Shown: positions 49,796 to 62,753 of the stretch, in pieces | Layout: every line of letters begins with the position of its first letter | Position numbering within the stretch: the stretch's first letter is position 1 | DNA from: Macrostomum lignano | Lineage: Eukaryota | DNA: 64,000 nucleotides | Direction: 5' to 3' | Assembly (NCBI GenBank): GCA_002269645.1 | Contig: NIVC01002102.1 | Location: forward strand, 124,001-188,000 | The notes under the pieces: generated by a model | Databases searched by the model: none | What the model saw: only the letters and a program-made list of their open reading frames with translations | What the model was told of the DNA's origin: nothing | Position numbers and translations under genes: made by a program

Positions 49796-52316
49796 GGCTG
49801 TTTAGCAACAATTGTATTTCATAACTAACAAAATTCCAATTTAAGATTAGAAAGCATCATTTAGTTTTTACCAAACAAGCTAGTCATGAAAGGGTTTAGT
49901 TTTAATTATTTTTATGTCAGTAAAGTTAAAAATTCAAATGATATAATAAACACAATTGCCTTTTGAGAGTATAAAAATGAAATAAATATGAAAAATGATT
50001 ATGAAATGGAATTGAAAAATGGGCCCTAGCTATGTTTAATGAAAAGTTTCAAATTGTTTTTATTCTACATCTATTAAAAAACCTAGCATCCTGATATTAA
50101 AAAGGTAATAGACTTAATAGACTAGGGTTAAACCCTACAATCTTGATTTTGGCCTTGGCAGCTTAATCTAGCTAGATCTGTTGTTACGTGAGGTGCATGG
50201 CCAGGTAACACAAGACTTGTTAGAGGACCATTGAATGCAAACTGCTGAGTTAATCAAGGCTGCTTAGAAGTCAGGTGTCAATCAACAGATGGCATGCAAG
50301 CAGCAACAGGCTTGTGACAAAGTGAATACCATTACCATTGATAATGCCCTAAATGTGCAGGCACAAATGACCAATCAAGCTGTGGGCCAGCTGCCACAAT
50401 GCCTGACAATGCTGGCATTGATGCTGGCATGGCCCCCATTGGCAATTTAAACTAGACTGGGTACACTAAACTGGTCAGATAGCTAAAAGTTATCTGGCGC
50501 AGTACATGCCAAAGTATGATATATACTTAGGGAGCCAGCTCAAAGTGCAGATGAAAAGTTTTACTCCTAGACCCAAAGAACTTACTGTGCCTTGTTTTTT
50601 TTCATGTAACTTTTTCTGCTTAACCTGTCATTCTATGAGGGAACTGCTAGCTTCTGCTTTTTTCTCTATTGCTATTTTACCTCCAATAATCAGCGCATTT
50701 TATGCCCTGATTTCTTTGTGCATTACATGTTTGCTTTCCCTATTTGTGTACCTGTGATTAACTAGTAGCTATGGAAAAAGAGTATCAATGTAGCTTGTTG
50801 TCTAGCAACCTCTACAACACCTCGTTCAAGTGCAACTTGGCCAATTATGCTACAGATTTTGGTAAAAAGAGTACTGGTCTGCTTATCTCGACTATTGCAA
50901 TGGTGATTATGTCTATCAAGGCAATAATGATTATTTATTAGATGCAACTGTTAATGACAGCATCGCTAGTGACTCTGCCTTATCCCAGTGTAAATGCGGA
51001 GCACTGCATCTTAATTTGATTAGCATGCCTAGCAACAAGAAGTATTGAGAAGTATTCTGACTTTGTCAATGGGCCAAATAAAACCATGCCATCAGTGTGT
51101 GCTAGCCATCTGCTTAACAGGGCACATAACCTGGGGCAAGGTAAATTTTGGGACAATGCTATGCAATCTGTCCTGCTTATATTTCCCATAAGGTCTTTTG
51201 ATCATACACTAGTGATGTGCTTACTTTTTGCAGTTAGCAATCCCAATGATTAGTGAGGTTATCAACAACTCATGGTAGCTAATAGAGCCTGTTGCCTTAC
51301 AGTTGATGGTTTTGCCAAATATACCAATACTAAGATGGTGTTTGTGGCTTTGTGCCACACAGTAGTGGGTTGACGGCTCTGCCATGATGGTCGCAGTTGT
51401 TGCATTATGAGTGTACTTAGAAATGGCAACTGGCTGCAACAGTATACTTACTGACTAGGAGGCTGATATCCAGAAATGATGCCTCAAAGCCTTGAGGACC
51501 TTCTAGATAATGATGACTATTACTGCAAGCTAGAGGATGCTCTAATAGTCCACATGTATAAACTGGTCCCCAAGCATGTTTGTGATATTAGCTAGGAGCA
51601 TATGTTGCCACACATTTCCAGCATATAGCATATGAGTACATTTATAATTTTCACCCTTTGTTAATGTCTCATGTTTAACATTTGATTTATTTCAACTGGC
51701 TTTCACTGTGGGGGCAAAAGTGTACTGTGCCAATAGTAAGCGCATTTTTCACTTAAACAAGCATGGACTATTTGAAGGTTTGCCATCTGATGATATGCTA
51801 AATAGCTTAATTTGAAGCCATGCTTAGTATTTGTAAGCAGCAAAAGGCAAGCCTAGTAAGTCACATGAGATAGAGGTGTCACAAGACTTCGATGATACGA
51901 GATTTGAGACAAGATCTTGACATTATTTCTTGTCTCAAGAAATCTGGACTTTTGTAAAAAAATTGAGATGAGATTCAAGAAAATTGAGAAGATTGCTAAA
52001 AATGAAATTTTTGATTAAGAAAATATATGAAAGGGCAAATATTTTCTTCAAAACACCTAAATACTATTGTTGAACCTGTGCTTTTTGTTTGAATATTTCA
52101 GCAAGACAATTTTCAAATTGATAAATTCTATGATAGGTTAGGTTAGTTGAGCAGTTTTATACTAGGTGAACACTTAAAATCTGGATGTCTCTAAATGTTT
52201 ATATTTTGTGGGGTTATAAACAGGATAACCAAACTTTTTAACAGGGAAATATTCAACAAGAAACAGGAATCATCATAGAGTTAACAATAAGCCAATTAAA
52301 AGCCATTAGTGTGTAC

Positions 52317-52496
52317 CCTGCGAATCTGCGACCTGACCTTGCCTTCTTCGTAATGATTCAGAATGGCGTAGACTGTGGAGTGTGCCAACCTAACCTCAGC
52401 AAAGTACTTAGCAATGGCATGGTTGCTCTGTCCAGGGTACTTAGTTTTGTACTATATGACCAGGCGTCTGCACTGTTTTTTGTTATGTGACTGCAT
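52317..52496 (-). pseudogene. Possible Tc1/mariner-like transposase N-terminal HTH remnant
   Basis: MQSHNKKQCRRLVI*YKTKYPGQSNHAIAKYFAEVRLAHSTVYAILNHYEEGK with an in-frame TAG at 52452-52454; resembles the IAK...STVY.IL..Y.E.G pattern. Confidence 0.4.
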
Positions 52497-55400
52497 GGCC
52501 TGTTAGGGTTTGAGCTACTAGTTTTGCTGTTGCAGAACTGATAGCTAGTGAGTGTGAGAGCATCTCAGTAAGTTTCTGGCTTCATAGCAGCTAGCAGCTG
52601 CTGTCTATGGCCTAAACTTGGAAAGTCCAGATTTTAAGTGTTTACCTAGTATCATCATAATAAATGTAAACATTGTTATAAATGCTAATATACAAACTTG
52701 TACTAATACATTTTTGTTATTGTTTTAGTTCCACAACAAGGTGATTTGGCAGCAGACTCAAAGGATCTGCTGATCCTATGGTATATTTGTTGTAATGAGA
52801 TATATTATATTTTTTCAAATTTATTTTTAATCTTGTCTTGTCTCAAAATTTCTTAACTTCAAACTTTCTCATCTCGAATCTTATCTTGGTCCAAATCTCA
52901 ATTTCTAACAGCTCTAACATGAGATACTTGTCTTGATTTCTTACTATATACTAATTTGCTAGCCATGGTTTTATATATTATAATAGTAAAAACAGACATA
53001 CACTAACAGAGTTTTCTTTTTTATAGGTAAAGATATGAAACATAATTAGGCCCTAATTAATCAGTTCATATTACCACATTATTAAAAAGGCTTATCTAAC
53101 TATATTAAATCTCTAAAGTTTGATAAATTAGTAAAATCTTTAAAACTTATTAGAATTTTAAAAAGAATTATAATTAGTATTTATACATGCTAGAATAAAA
53201 ATCAACTGTTTAAAAAATTATATACCAATACTAAGATTCTTATGCCTATGTCATGGCTAATAAGATATTATTAAAAATATTATATTTATTTGAACTGCCA
53301 ACCCAAGTTTATGACAAAAATTTCTATTATTTTTTGTGATTGATTGATAGTATAATATAACTATAATATAATATAAGTTATGGCTATGAGTTAATGAGTA
53401 TATAAGCATAATAACAGATGGTATATTAACCTTGTTAGTAAATTAATTTTTACCAACTTTATATCACTCAAATGATTGTTAGTATCCTAGGGCCTAGCCA
53501 AAGTTCTACTTTTTTAGTATTTGCCAAATTTAACAAAGTTAATGCATATAAAACACTAAAAGTTTAGGCTGCTTTGTCTTAGGCCTAGTTTTAGACATAT
53601 TTACCAAACTAAACAAACAAATCTCAATATAGTAGATCTTCAGTGAACCGATTATTACTAACTAGGCCCGAGGCCTAGCCTAGATGGTAGATTAAACTGC
53701 TAAATTAAAATGTTATATTTTTTTGCATTTTGTCTAATCCAAATCTTAAACCATTCGATGGCTACTATAGCTCTAGTACGTGATTATCAAGTTTTTTTCT
53801 TAACGATGCAACACTTAAATAAGTCTACAGGAACTGATAGTGAGCTCAGTAGGCTAAAAGACCTACAACCGAAACGCGAAACCTACGTCCTAGGAAAGAC
53901 AAGTAGGCCTAGATAATAATTACTTGAAATAACATTTTTAGTAATTTAGTCTATAGCCATAAGTTTTTAACAAAGTCTATGTTATGCATTCATTTAATAA
54001 CGCGATATAAATTTACCACATATAAATTCAAGATTCGAAGAAAGGGACAACACAACACGATAAAGGCCCACGTGCCTAATTAGTTTCTAGAGGCCATTGA
54101 ATTTGAAAGTATGCAATTTTTACACAATGAAGTTAACAAATTCATTTTTGCACTTTGCAACAAATACATAAATGTATCACGCTATAAAATTATACAGCTA
54201 TCTGTCAAAATTAGCACAATTACAGTAAAAAATGTTTGAATGCAACTTCTTGCATGCCGCTTAAATACCTCATGCCTCATGCAAACGATCCTGTCAATTT
54301 ACAAATTTCAGTTCTTGTCTTGAAAATTTACACCCCTAAGAATTTTTAATTGAAAATGGTTTAGGAACTCTTTGAAAAACGCGATATAATTTGAATCCAA
54401 TCGGTTCGGTAGCTCTTAGTTACGTTTTAGCTAAAAGCTAGCCTACATGTAGGTCATGACGTCGTCATTGACGTGAGATGTGTTATTTTTCTCATCTGAC
54501 TTACATGCATAACAAGACAAAATTTTTTTTCTGATTGTGGAAAGAATCAATACTATCATAATTTTACTACTTCCACTATAGAATACAGTTGTGTGTACCA
54601 ATATAATAATATGCATTTAGTTAGCTTGGATTCAAAGGGTTGAAAGGGTCCCAACCCAGAACCCCGTGCAGCACGCGATTCTAGCTACGTTCCTAAACAA
54701 CGTCTTCCAAAAATGCTGGTTTACATTACTGGTAGTAGCTCCACAGGGTCAAAGATTTTTCAAGTCAAATTAGTTGGTTCAGACCCATTTTTAAAACCGA
54801 TTGAGGACTTAGACCCGCAACATGTACCATGCAGCTACAAGCTATGTCTACCGTCCTTAAGGTTTTGTGGCTCTTAAAAAAGGAGTGACTATTTTCTATG
54901 TCCACGTTTCAAGTAACGAATTACAGTAGTGTAATAAATATAGATTACTGCATTAATACAAGGGCTACTGTTGCCTTGCATTTATTTTAATATGCAATAC
55001 AAGCGATCATTGATAAAATTAGACTACTTATTTTTCGCCTACATCGAAACTGTGCCTATATTTGCATGGCCAGCGAGGAAATTCTTATCAGTAAAAACAA
55101 GCACACTACACGAATAATAAATACCGTTTATTCTCAAATCGAGAGAACGTGCTCTATTTGACCATACCGAATAGCAAACAGAAAATAAAAATCACAGAAG
55201 TCAAAATTAATGTCAAAATTATTATGGTCATAATGACCGAAAGCAAGACATCGTATCAAAGCAATACTTGAATATTTTATTGACACATCTAGAGACAGTG
55301 AAAGGCGCAAACAATACTAACTGGACGCATATTTAAGAGCCTATAGTTTTGCAGTTTTTTTACTGAATGTAGCGGATGTAAAGCAACTTGTGGCTAATAC

Positions 55401-56459
55401 AGTCCGGAAACTTCTGCAACAGCCCTCGTAGTTTTCTTAATATCATTATTGTTCTTGCGAGCTAATTGTAACAATAAATAAAAATGCCGCATACATACTT
55501 TAAACAAATTTGACTGAATAAAAAAATTACATTGCTAAGGTTGGTAATTGCATAAAAAATTAAAGCATTACTGTTTATATAAAACAGTTAATAGTACTTA
55601 ATAGTTGATAATTAATCAATATCACACAAGATAATTAGACGGGCAGGTAACAGGTAGGTTCAATTTAATAAATATCTGTATTATTATTGACAATTATTTA
55701 TTGGCACAAAAACGGCCAGTCAGTTACTGGATAATCGTTGAGCATAACAGCAAGACTGCAATTTCGAATGTTCATATATCGCAGTAAAACAGCTGTTACC
55801 GGCCATAGCAAAACAACATTTATAAAGCGTTAAATCACGCGCACATTGCCCTTTGGGAATCCCCGGGTCAAACCTTCGTTACTACTGGCAACGCGCGTAC
55901 GCAATAAATCACGTGACTACTGTCTAAAACAGTGTGTGCATCTGCGAGCTATGTACAGGTTGCAAAGTCCTTTCTACTCCAGTCCAGAGGTGGCACCCAA
56001 TCACAGCAAGGGTTGTGGGCGCTGCGGCAAATCAACCAATGTCATGTCCATTCCGATTAACAGTAAACACTGAGCACACACGCGCTCCCACGGGTTCTCT
56101 ATCTGATCGTCAGGCAGCGTACACACTCCTGTCTTTGGGGGTTGGCCCTTATAGTCGAAAAATTATTTAACGCTTGCTTGCTACTTGCTACTCAAGTAGC
56201 ACTGGAAACTACATTTCTAAGAAATTTTTTAAGAGCCAGGTTTTACAGAAAAAAACCTTCGGAGATAGGAAGTCTTACTTAATTTTTTTCAGCACAAAAA
56301 TTGTTATTGCTTTTGATAGGAGGCAGACGCAATGTTCATCTTTTGATATATCTTGCCTTTTTTATAGCTCTTTTAATAGTTGTAGACTCGTAGAGCTTTT
56401 CGTTTAGAAAAATAGAATTCAAAGTGATTTTTGTATCCTTTTGCTGTTTTATTCTGTTC

Positions 56460-56706
56460 GGGGGTTCGATTCTCGATTCATGCACTCGGAACAATTTGTG
56501 TCCTTGAGCAAGACACTTAACTCTGCAATGCTTCAGTTCACCCAGCTGTAAAATGGGTGCCAGCATTAGCTGGGGTAATTGAGGGTGTGTGGCGACCCCC
56601 CCCCCCCAGCACTTGGACTGAACAGCCGTACGCAGCCTTCAGATGCAACGCGCAATAGCTGCGGCTGAGCTGTCGGTTGCACATCTGCCCATTCGGACAG
56701 GTGTAA
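56460..56706 (+). mobile_element. tRNA-derived SINE, copy 3
   Basis: ggttcgattctc, gtgtccttgagcaagacacttaac, cagttcacccagctgtaaaatgggtgcc; 3' part shared with copy 1. Confidence 0.8.
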
Positions 56707-56979
56707 TAAATTATTAATATTGCTGATTTATTTATTCTGCTACAAATTTTGTTCTAGTCAGCTAAGAAGGATATAAATAGATCAACATAGAATACTAAGA
56801 AAGGCAAGACATACCAAAATACGAACACAGGGTCTGCCTCTTATCAAATGTAATAACAATTTTAGCCGTTTTTCGGTTTAACCTGCCTCCTAAATTCTAT
56901 TTTTTGACCAAAATGAGCCCTTTATTATGCTGAAACGCCGTTGTAGCAGCTCAGCTCTTAACAGTGGCCGAAGCTACAG

Positions 56980-57589
56980 TTAATTCCTGCCCAGCATCTC
57001 CCACACGATGCGTCGCCATTCCTCAACGCTGAACTCGCATTTCTCGAGCTCGTCAACAAACAAATGCCCATCCGGCTCGTCCTCCGGATCGTGATAGCGC
57101 GCCAAATACGGATGCTGCAGAGCCTGCGCGGCCGTGATCCGCTTAGCCGGGTCGAGGGTCAGCAGCCGCTGCAGCAGGTCCATCGCGTCGGCGTCCATCC
57201 CGGCGCAGAGGTCGGCTAGCGGCGTTCTCTGCACCGTATTGGCCTGGCGCAGCACTGTCAGAAACTCGATCGCATCTCTAGATTGAATCCTGGCTAAGTA
57301 ATCCTCATCGGGGAAGCCGGTGACGGACAGGATGCGGATCATGTGATCCGAGTGGATGCTGCAGGGGAACAGCGGCTGGCCTTTGAACATCTCGGCCATG
57401 ACGCAGCCAACTGACCAGATGTCGGATTGTAGTCCGTACTGCTCCCACTCCAGCATCATTTCCGGGGCGCGGTACCACCTGGTAACAACGTAGCCAGTCA
57501 TCTGATCGTCGCGTTCGCGCGATAGGCCCAGGTCAAGGATGCGCAGGTCGCAGTCCTCTGTTACAGCCAGATTTCCCGGCTTAATATCT
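56980..57589 (-). CDS. mapk14: p38-type MAP kinase, terminal exon (subdomains VIb-XI)
   Basis: ccttgcag|A GAT gives (H)RDIKPGNLAV...ILDLGLSRERDDQMTGYVVTRWYRAPE; TGY activation motif; CD-site YHDPEDEP. Confidence 0.93.
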
Positions 57590-58364
57590 CTGCAAGGCGT
57601 CAGAGTTTGTCTGCATTAAAACGCAACGCTTTACAAAATTGAAATTCACTAAATCCCATCCAAACGACGTGCGCGTGACGTCAAATACGCTTGTTGCTTG
57701 AGTCCACGACCCCAGGGACGTAAGAGAGCTACGTTATTCATAGTTTCAAAAGCTTTTAAACTGGCAAAATTCATTCGTTTCCACGATTCCACTGCTCTAA
57801 CCAGGAGCGTCGCCACCGGGGACACACACACACACACACAATCACGCACCGGGCACTTGTTGGTACGGTATACAATGGTGGGCACTTATTTTGCAATTTT
57901 TTTTGACACACGAAAACACACACATACACACAGTGCAATGACCTATTAAGTATTTTTAGCATTTAAATGATGAAAAAAAGCATACATTGAAATAAAAAAG
58001 CACGTCCCATACTAATAGTATGATCTATTGAAAGTGAAGGAATAGCATATCATCGTGTAACTATATTGTCCTCAGTCCAGCGAATTCAGCATTACTTGAA
58101 ATACAAAAGGCTTCGTTAAAGCCAATCCACATGAAGGAAAAACTAGTTACAAGCAGTCTATTTACCTTTACCTTTACTAATACGCTATAATGCTGTACGC
58201 AATATGCCTGACTAATATGAATAAAAAATTCAATTTCACTTGCGCTTAGAAAAAAACCTAAAATTGACAGTGAAACTGAAAAACTGAAACGCAGAGATTA
58301 GTTAAGCAGATTAAACAACAAATTCCGGTCGAGTGAGAAAACAGGAGTCTCGTTATTTAGAGCA

Positions 58365-59598
58365 CTCTGGCATTCAGCATTACGCTCGTAGTCTATTAGC
58401 TGCTCTCCTGAGTTCGAAGCTGACAGGTCAGTTGCAGTCGGAATCGATTGAGTCGACTGCCAATTTAGTCAATGGGTTTCGTTTCTTCTTTTCACTGGAA
58501 CCTGTGGTGGGATTAGCAAAAGATCGATTTCGCATATCTGTTTAGTGATTTCAAGGACGACAAAATCATTCTTCTCTGCATGTCAGCTCCAGAAGATGCT
58601 AGTTTGCTTGCAGCTTTCTGTAGGAGCATTCTACTTTAGTAAAGTGTACCCATTCTAAAATAAGCTGTTTTTAATATGTCCCAACAAGTCTCTGTGCAGT
58701 GTGTCATCCGTTTGCCCATCAATTTGTTCTGGAGCCCTTTATTAATTGAGTTCTTTAGGTGACTTAACAAATGCGGAAAAAACTAGACACACACACAGTG
58801 GCCCAACACTTCGTGTCCCAATAATTGCTAGGAAAAATGCACTGCAGTGTTTAAGCATCTCCTCTGAGGGGCCCTTGCATGCATAGCTATAGAATCTGCT
58901 AAGACCCGATCTGAGAGTTAAAAGTACAAAAAGTTATAACGCTTCTAGACACGAAAACGAATGCAGCCACAGCATGAACTAACCTTTCATTGAAGCTTCT
59001 GCTTAAGACTTTGATGCTGTGAAGCATTCTGGCATCTAGCATTACTCTCGTAGTCGATTAGCTGCTCTCCTGAGTTCGAAGCTGACAGGTCAGTTGAAGT
59101 CGGCATCGATTGAGTCGACTGCCAATTTAGTCAATGGGTTTCGTTTCTTCTTTTCACTGGAACCTGTGGTGGGATTAGCAAAAGATCGATTTCGCATATC
59201 GATTTAGTGATTTCAAGGACGACAAAATCATTCTTCTCTGCATGTCAGCTCCAGAAGATGCTAGTTTGCTTGCAGCTTTCTGTAGGAGCATTCTACTTTA
59301 GTAAAGTGTACCCATTCTAAAATAAGCTGTTTTTAATATGTCCCAACAAGTCTCTGTGCAGTGTGTCATCCGTTTGCCCATCAATTTGTTCTGGAGCCCT
59401 TTATTAATTGAGTTCTTTAGGTGACTTAACAAATGCGGAAAAAACTAGACACACACACAGTGGCCCAACACTTCGTGTCCCATAATTGCTAGGAAAAATG
59501 CACTGCAGTGTTTAAGCATCTCTTCTGAGGGGCCCTTGCATGCATAGCTATAGAATCTGCTAAGACCCAATCTGAGAGTTAAAAGTACAAAACTTATA
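58365..59598. repeat. Tandem duplication of ~570 bp with a 662-bp offset in p38 intron
   Basis: agctgctctcctgagttcg at 58398 and 59060; copies nearly identical up to ctgagagttaaaagtacaaaa. Confidence 0.93.
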
Positions 59599-60874
59599 AT
59601 TTTTGTGGTTGGACACGTAGGCTATTGAATGTCAATGGATTCAGACGAAATGTCAAGTTTTACTCAAAGCTTTTACAGCTTACCGGTTAAAGTCGACGGA
59701 TCCTTTGGCAATTGCGCCACATGGCAGTTGATCAAAGGTGATATACCTGAAGTAAAGGTAGGTACTGCTTAGCAGGAGCAGTCTTTTTTATAGCATTTAA
59801 ACATAAATGCTTCTTGTTTCCGACAAAGTTTTTTAATACCACTTACATGTTTATCGCTGTGCCATTCCATGCTGTTCTTTCCATACCATGGTGACTCGGG
59901 TGCCATGGCAGAGGCAGAGTTGACCATTGATTTCAGCATGGCGAGTACATGCCAATTTTGTTTACCGTAAGTTTGCGGGGTGGCGTCAATAATAGACCAA
60001 AATAAATGTACACTTAACTAGCAAGGGGACTCTGGTAAATTGGAGCCATGTACACAGGGGGGTAGGGCTTAGTCCTAACATGTACGGGGTAAGTCCTAAT
60101 ATGAGTGGGCTTTTGTAAACGACACTCTAGCACACAGTTCCAACAATTTATAGAATATCGAATGCGCGCAGCAGTCAATAGCATGAGTCCTAACAAGAGT
60201 GGGCTGTTGTATTCAACACTGCAACACTGTCCTAACAATTTAGTTCGTGTAGAGTACTGATGCCCATCACAGTCAGAAGTAAATTTAAGCCCTTGTCATT
60301 TCTTTAGGTTTATCTCCATCCAGAACCATCCTTTGACAATAAAATACCCTTAAAAGTGTTTTGCTATGCTTTGCTTTGTATGTATTTTAATGTATGCTAT
60401 GTATTTACGTCTTGAAACAAAGACTGCAGCAAATGAATGCGCTTGAAATCTACTATTAGTAAAAATATGAGAAAAAACCAATAAAAATATGCGGGAGCAG
60501 ATTAGCCATTTCAGTGTCCCAATAGTGATTTGGTCGAATTTTGTATCATTTTTCCTTATTGGGACGCCAGTTTTTGCTTATTTATTGACACAGCAAGTAA
60601 AATTATTAAAAATGAGTTGCACCATCAAAAAGAGGCTGTCGAGCTGAATCCATAGAGTATTTTTTTGAGCTGCTATTGTAACTTTTTTGGAAGTGTTGGA
60701 CGGACTTGATGGGACAGTCCCAACATTTTTTTTGGCCCAACAGTGCGGGTCCCGTTGTACGCGTATGGCCCAACAAATGCCCCGTGCGCAAACACACACA
60801 CACACACACACAACCAATGCTTTGTCCCCCACCCCAATTTATGACCTGTTCTGGAAATTAATAATCTTACTTTA

Positions 60875-60935
60875 GGGCGCCAAAATGAGTGCCTGTCTGC
60901 GGCGCCAAAATGAGTGCCTGTCTGCGGCGCCAAAA
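60875..60935. repeat. 25-bp tandem (ggcgccaaaatgagtgcctgtctgc) x2.5
   Basis: Direct copies. Confidence 0.75.
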
Positions 60936-61322
60936 TAAGCTAAACAACACCGATTCTCAAAATAATGTACATGCGGAAATTTAGTCAGGTACATGTAGAT
61001 TTCTTGGCTTTGCCCCCCCCCCCATAAAATCCATGGCGACGCCCCTGGCTCTAACCTACCCCCCATTAATTACAATAAATCAATTAAGGACTCTAATAAT
61101 CTTTTTAAGTCTCAGTTAGTGGCCTATGTTACTAGATACGGGAACGAGATATAGGAAATATTCTGCCTCAATATCCATAACCTCCCGTAACCGCAATCCA
61201 TAGCTACGGTTGAACTAGAAATTTAACAAACCGGAAGTTCCGAGTTTCGAGCGCTGCAGATAACATAGCTCGTAGTTAAAATAGGACAGTAAGAAACTCA
61301 AAAATAGGTTCGGCTCTCACAC

Positions 61323-61522
61323 CTGTGAATAATGTTGGCGCTATGCAGATACTTGAGTCCGCGCAGTATCTGATAAACCAGAAAGCGAATGTGATCTGGG
61401 CTGAGGTGGCTGCGCAGACAGCCATTGGTGAGATTGAGGCCCAGGTAAGGCGTGACAAGGTAGACATCGGTGAACTCAGACAGACTGCGATTCGGCGTGA
61501 ACGCGTCAATCAGGGTCACGAC
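61323..61522 (-). CDS. mapk14: p38-type MAP kinase, middle exon
   Basis: [28 protein letters not shown]...[24 protein letters not shown]; phase 0/2. Confidence 0.93.
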
Positions 61523-61579
61523 CTGCAGGATGTTGTTGGAAATAAATTACTCTTGAATTATTACTGCTTTATTGTACCA

Positions 61580-61659
<80 letters not shown>

Positions 61660-61660
61660 G

Positions 61661-61751
<91 letters not shown>

Positions 61752-61752
61752 G

Positions 61753-61807
<55 letters not shown>

Positions 61808-61808
61808 G

Positions 61809-61839
<31 letters not shown>

Positions 61840-61851
61840 GTCTATCTATCC

Positions 61852-61938
<87 letters not shown>

Positions 61939-62100
61939 CATCTATCTATCTGTCTATCTATCTATCTGTCTGTCTATCTATCTATCTATCTATCTATCTG
62001 TCTATCTATCCATCTATCTATCTGTCTATCTATCTATCTATTTATCTATCTATCTATCTGTCAGTCTATCTATCTATTTATCTATCTGTCTATCTATCTG

Positions 62101-62138
<38 letters not shown>

Positions 62139-62142
62139 AATC

Positions 62143-62240
<98 letters not shown>

Positions 62241-62241
62241 G

Positions 62242-62277
<36 letters not shown>

Positions 62278-62290
62278 GAATATCTATCTA
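61580..62290. repeat. (TATC)n microsatellite
   Basis: GATA/TATC array in the first p38 intron. Confidence 0.99.
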
Positions 62291-62519
62291 TATTCATGCA
62301 TATACACTTGCGCCAGATTGTGGCCTATTTTGTCCATTCCGCTGACTCTTGAACACATACAAGTTAGAATAGTGTACGCAGGCACGCACTCATACACAGG
62401 TCACAGCCTGAGCTGCTCTGCTCCACATCATGCAGTATCTTCTAATCACGAGTGTCTTCACTCTCTCCAAACGATAGAATCTATAATCTACTTAAAAAAA
62501 TTCACCAAAAGCAGCTCAC

Positions 62520-62753
62520 ATTGTCATGATTGATATGCCTCAGAATCTTAATCTCCCTGTACGTTCGTTTAGCATCGTCAGCAGTTTTGAATGCCCGCCT
62601 CAGCCGTTTAATGGCAACCCGCTGGCCGGACTGCGTGTCCAGCGCCACACACACGCTGCCGTAGGTGCCCTTGTCCAGTTGCTGCAGATTCTGATAGCGA
62701 ACTGGCACAGTCCATGAGACACCATTGCCAAGTTCAACTGTGTAGAATTGGGC
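62520..62753 (-). CDS. mapk14: p38-type MAP kinase, first visible coding exon (no ATG)
   Basis: tttcag|AQFYTVELGNGVSWTVPVRYQNLQQLDKGTYGSVC...VAIKRL...AKRTYREIKILRHINHDN|gtgagc. Confidence 0.92.

Noticed and set aside
50950-51440. Gypsy pol-like frame with many stops
   Set aside because: Resemblance rests on one short motif and the frame cannot be fixed without an alignment
60700-61047. hAT-type MITE end (caggggcgtcgccatgg on minus)
   Set aside because: No matching second terminus or 8-bp TSD could be located
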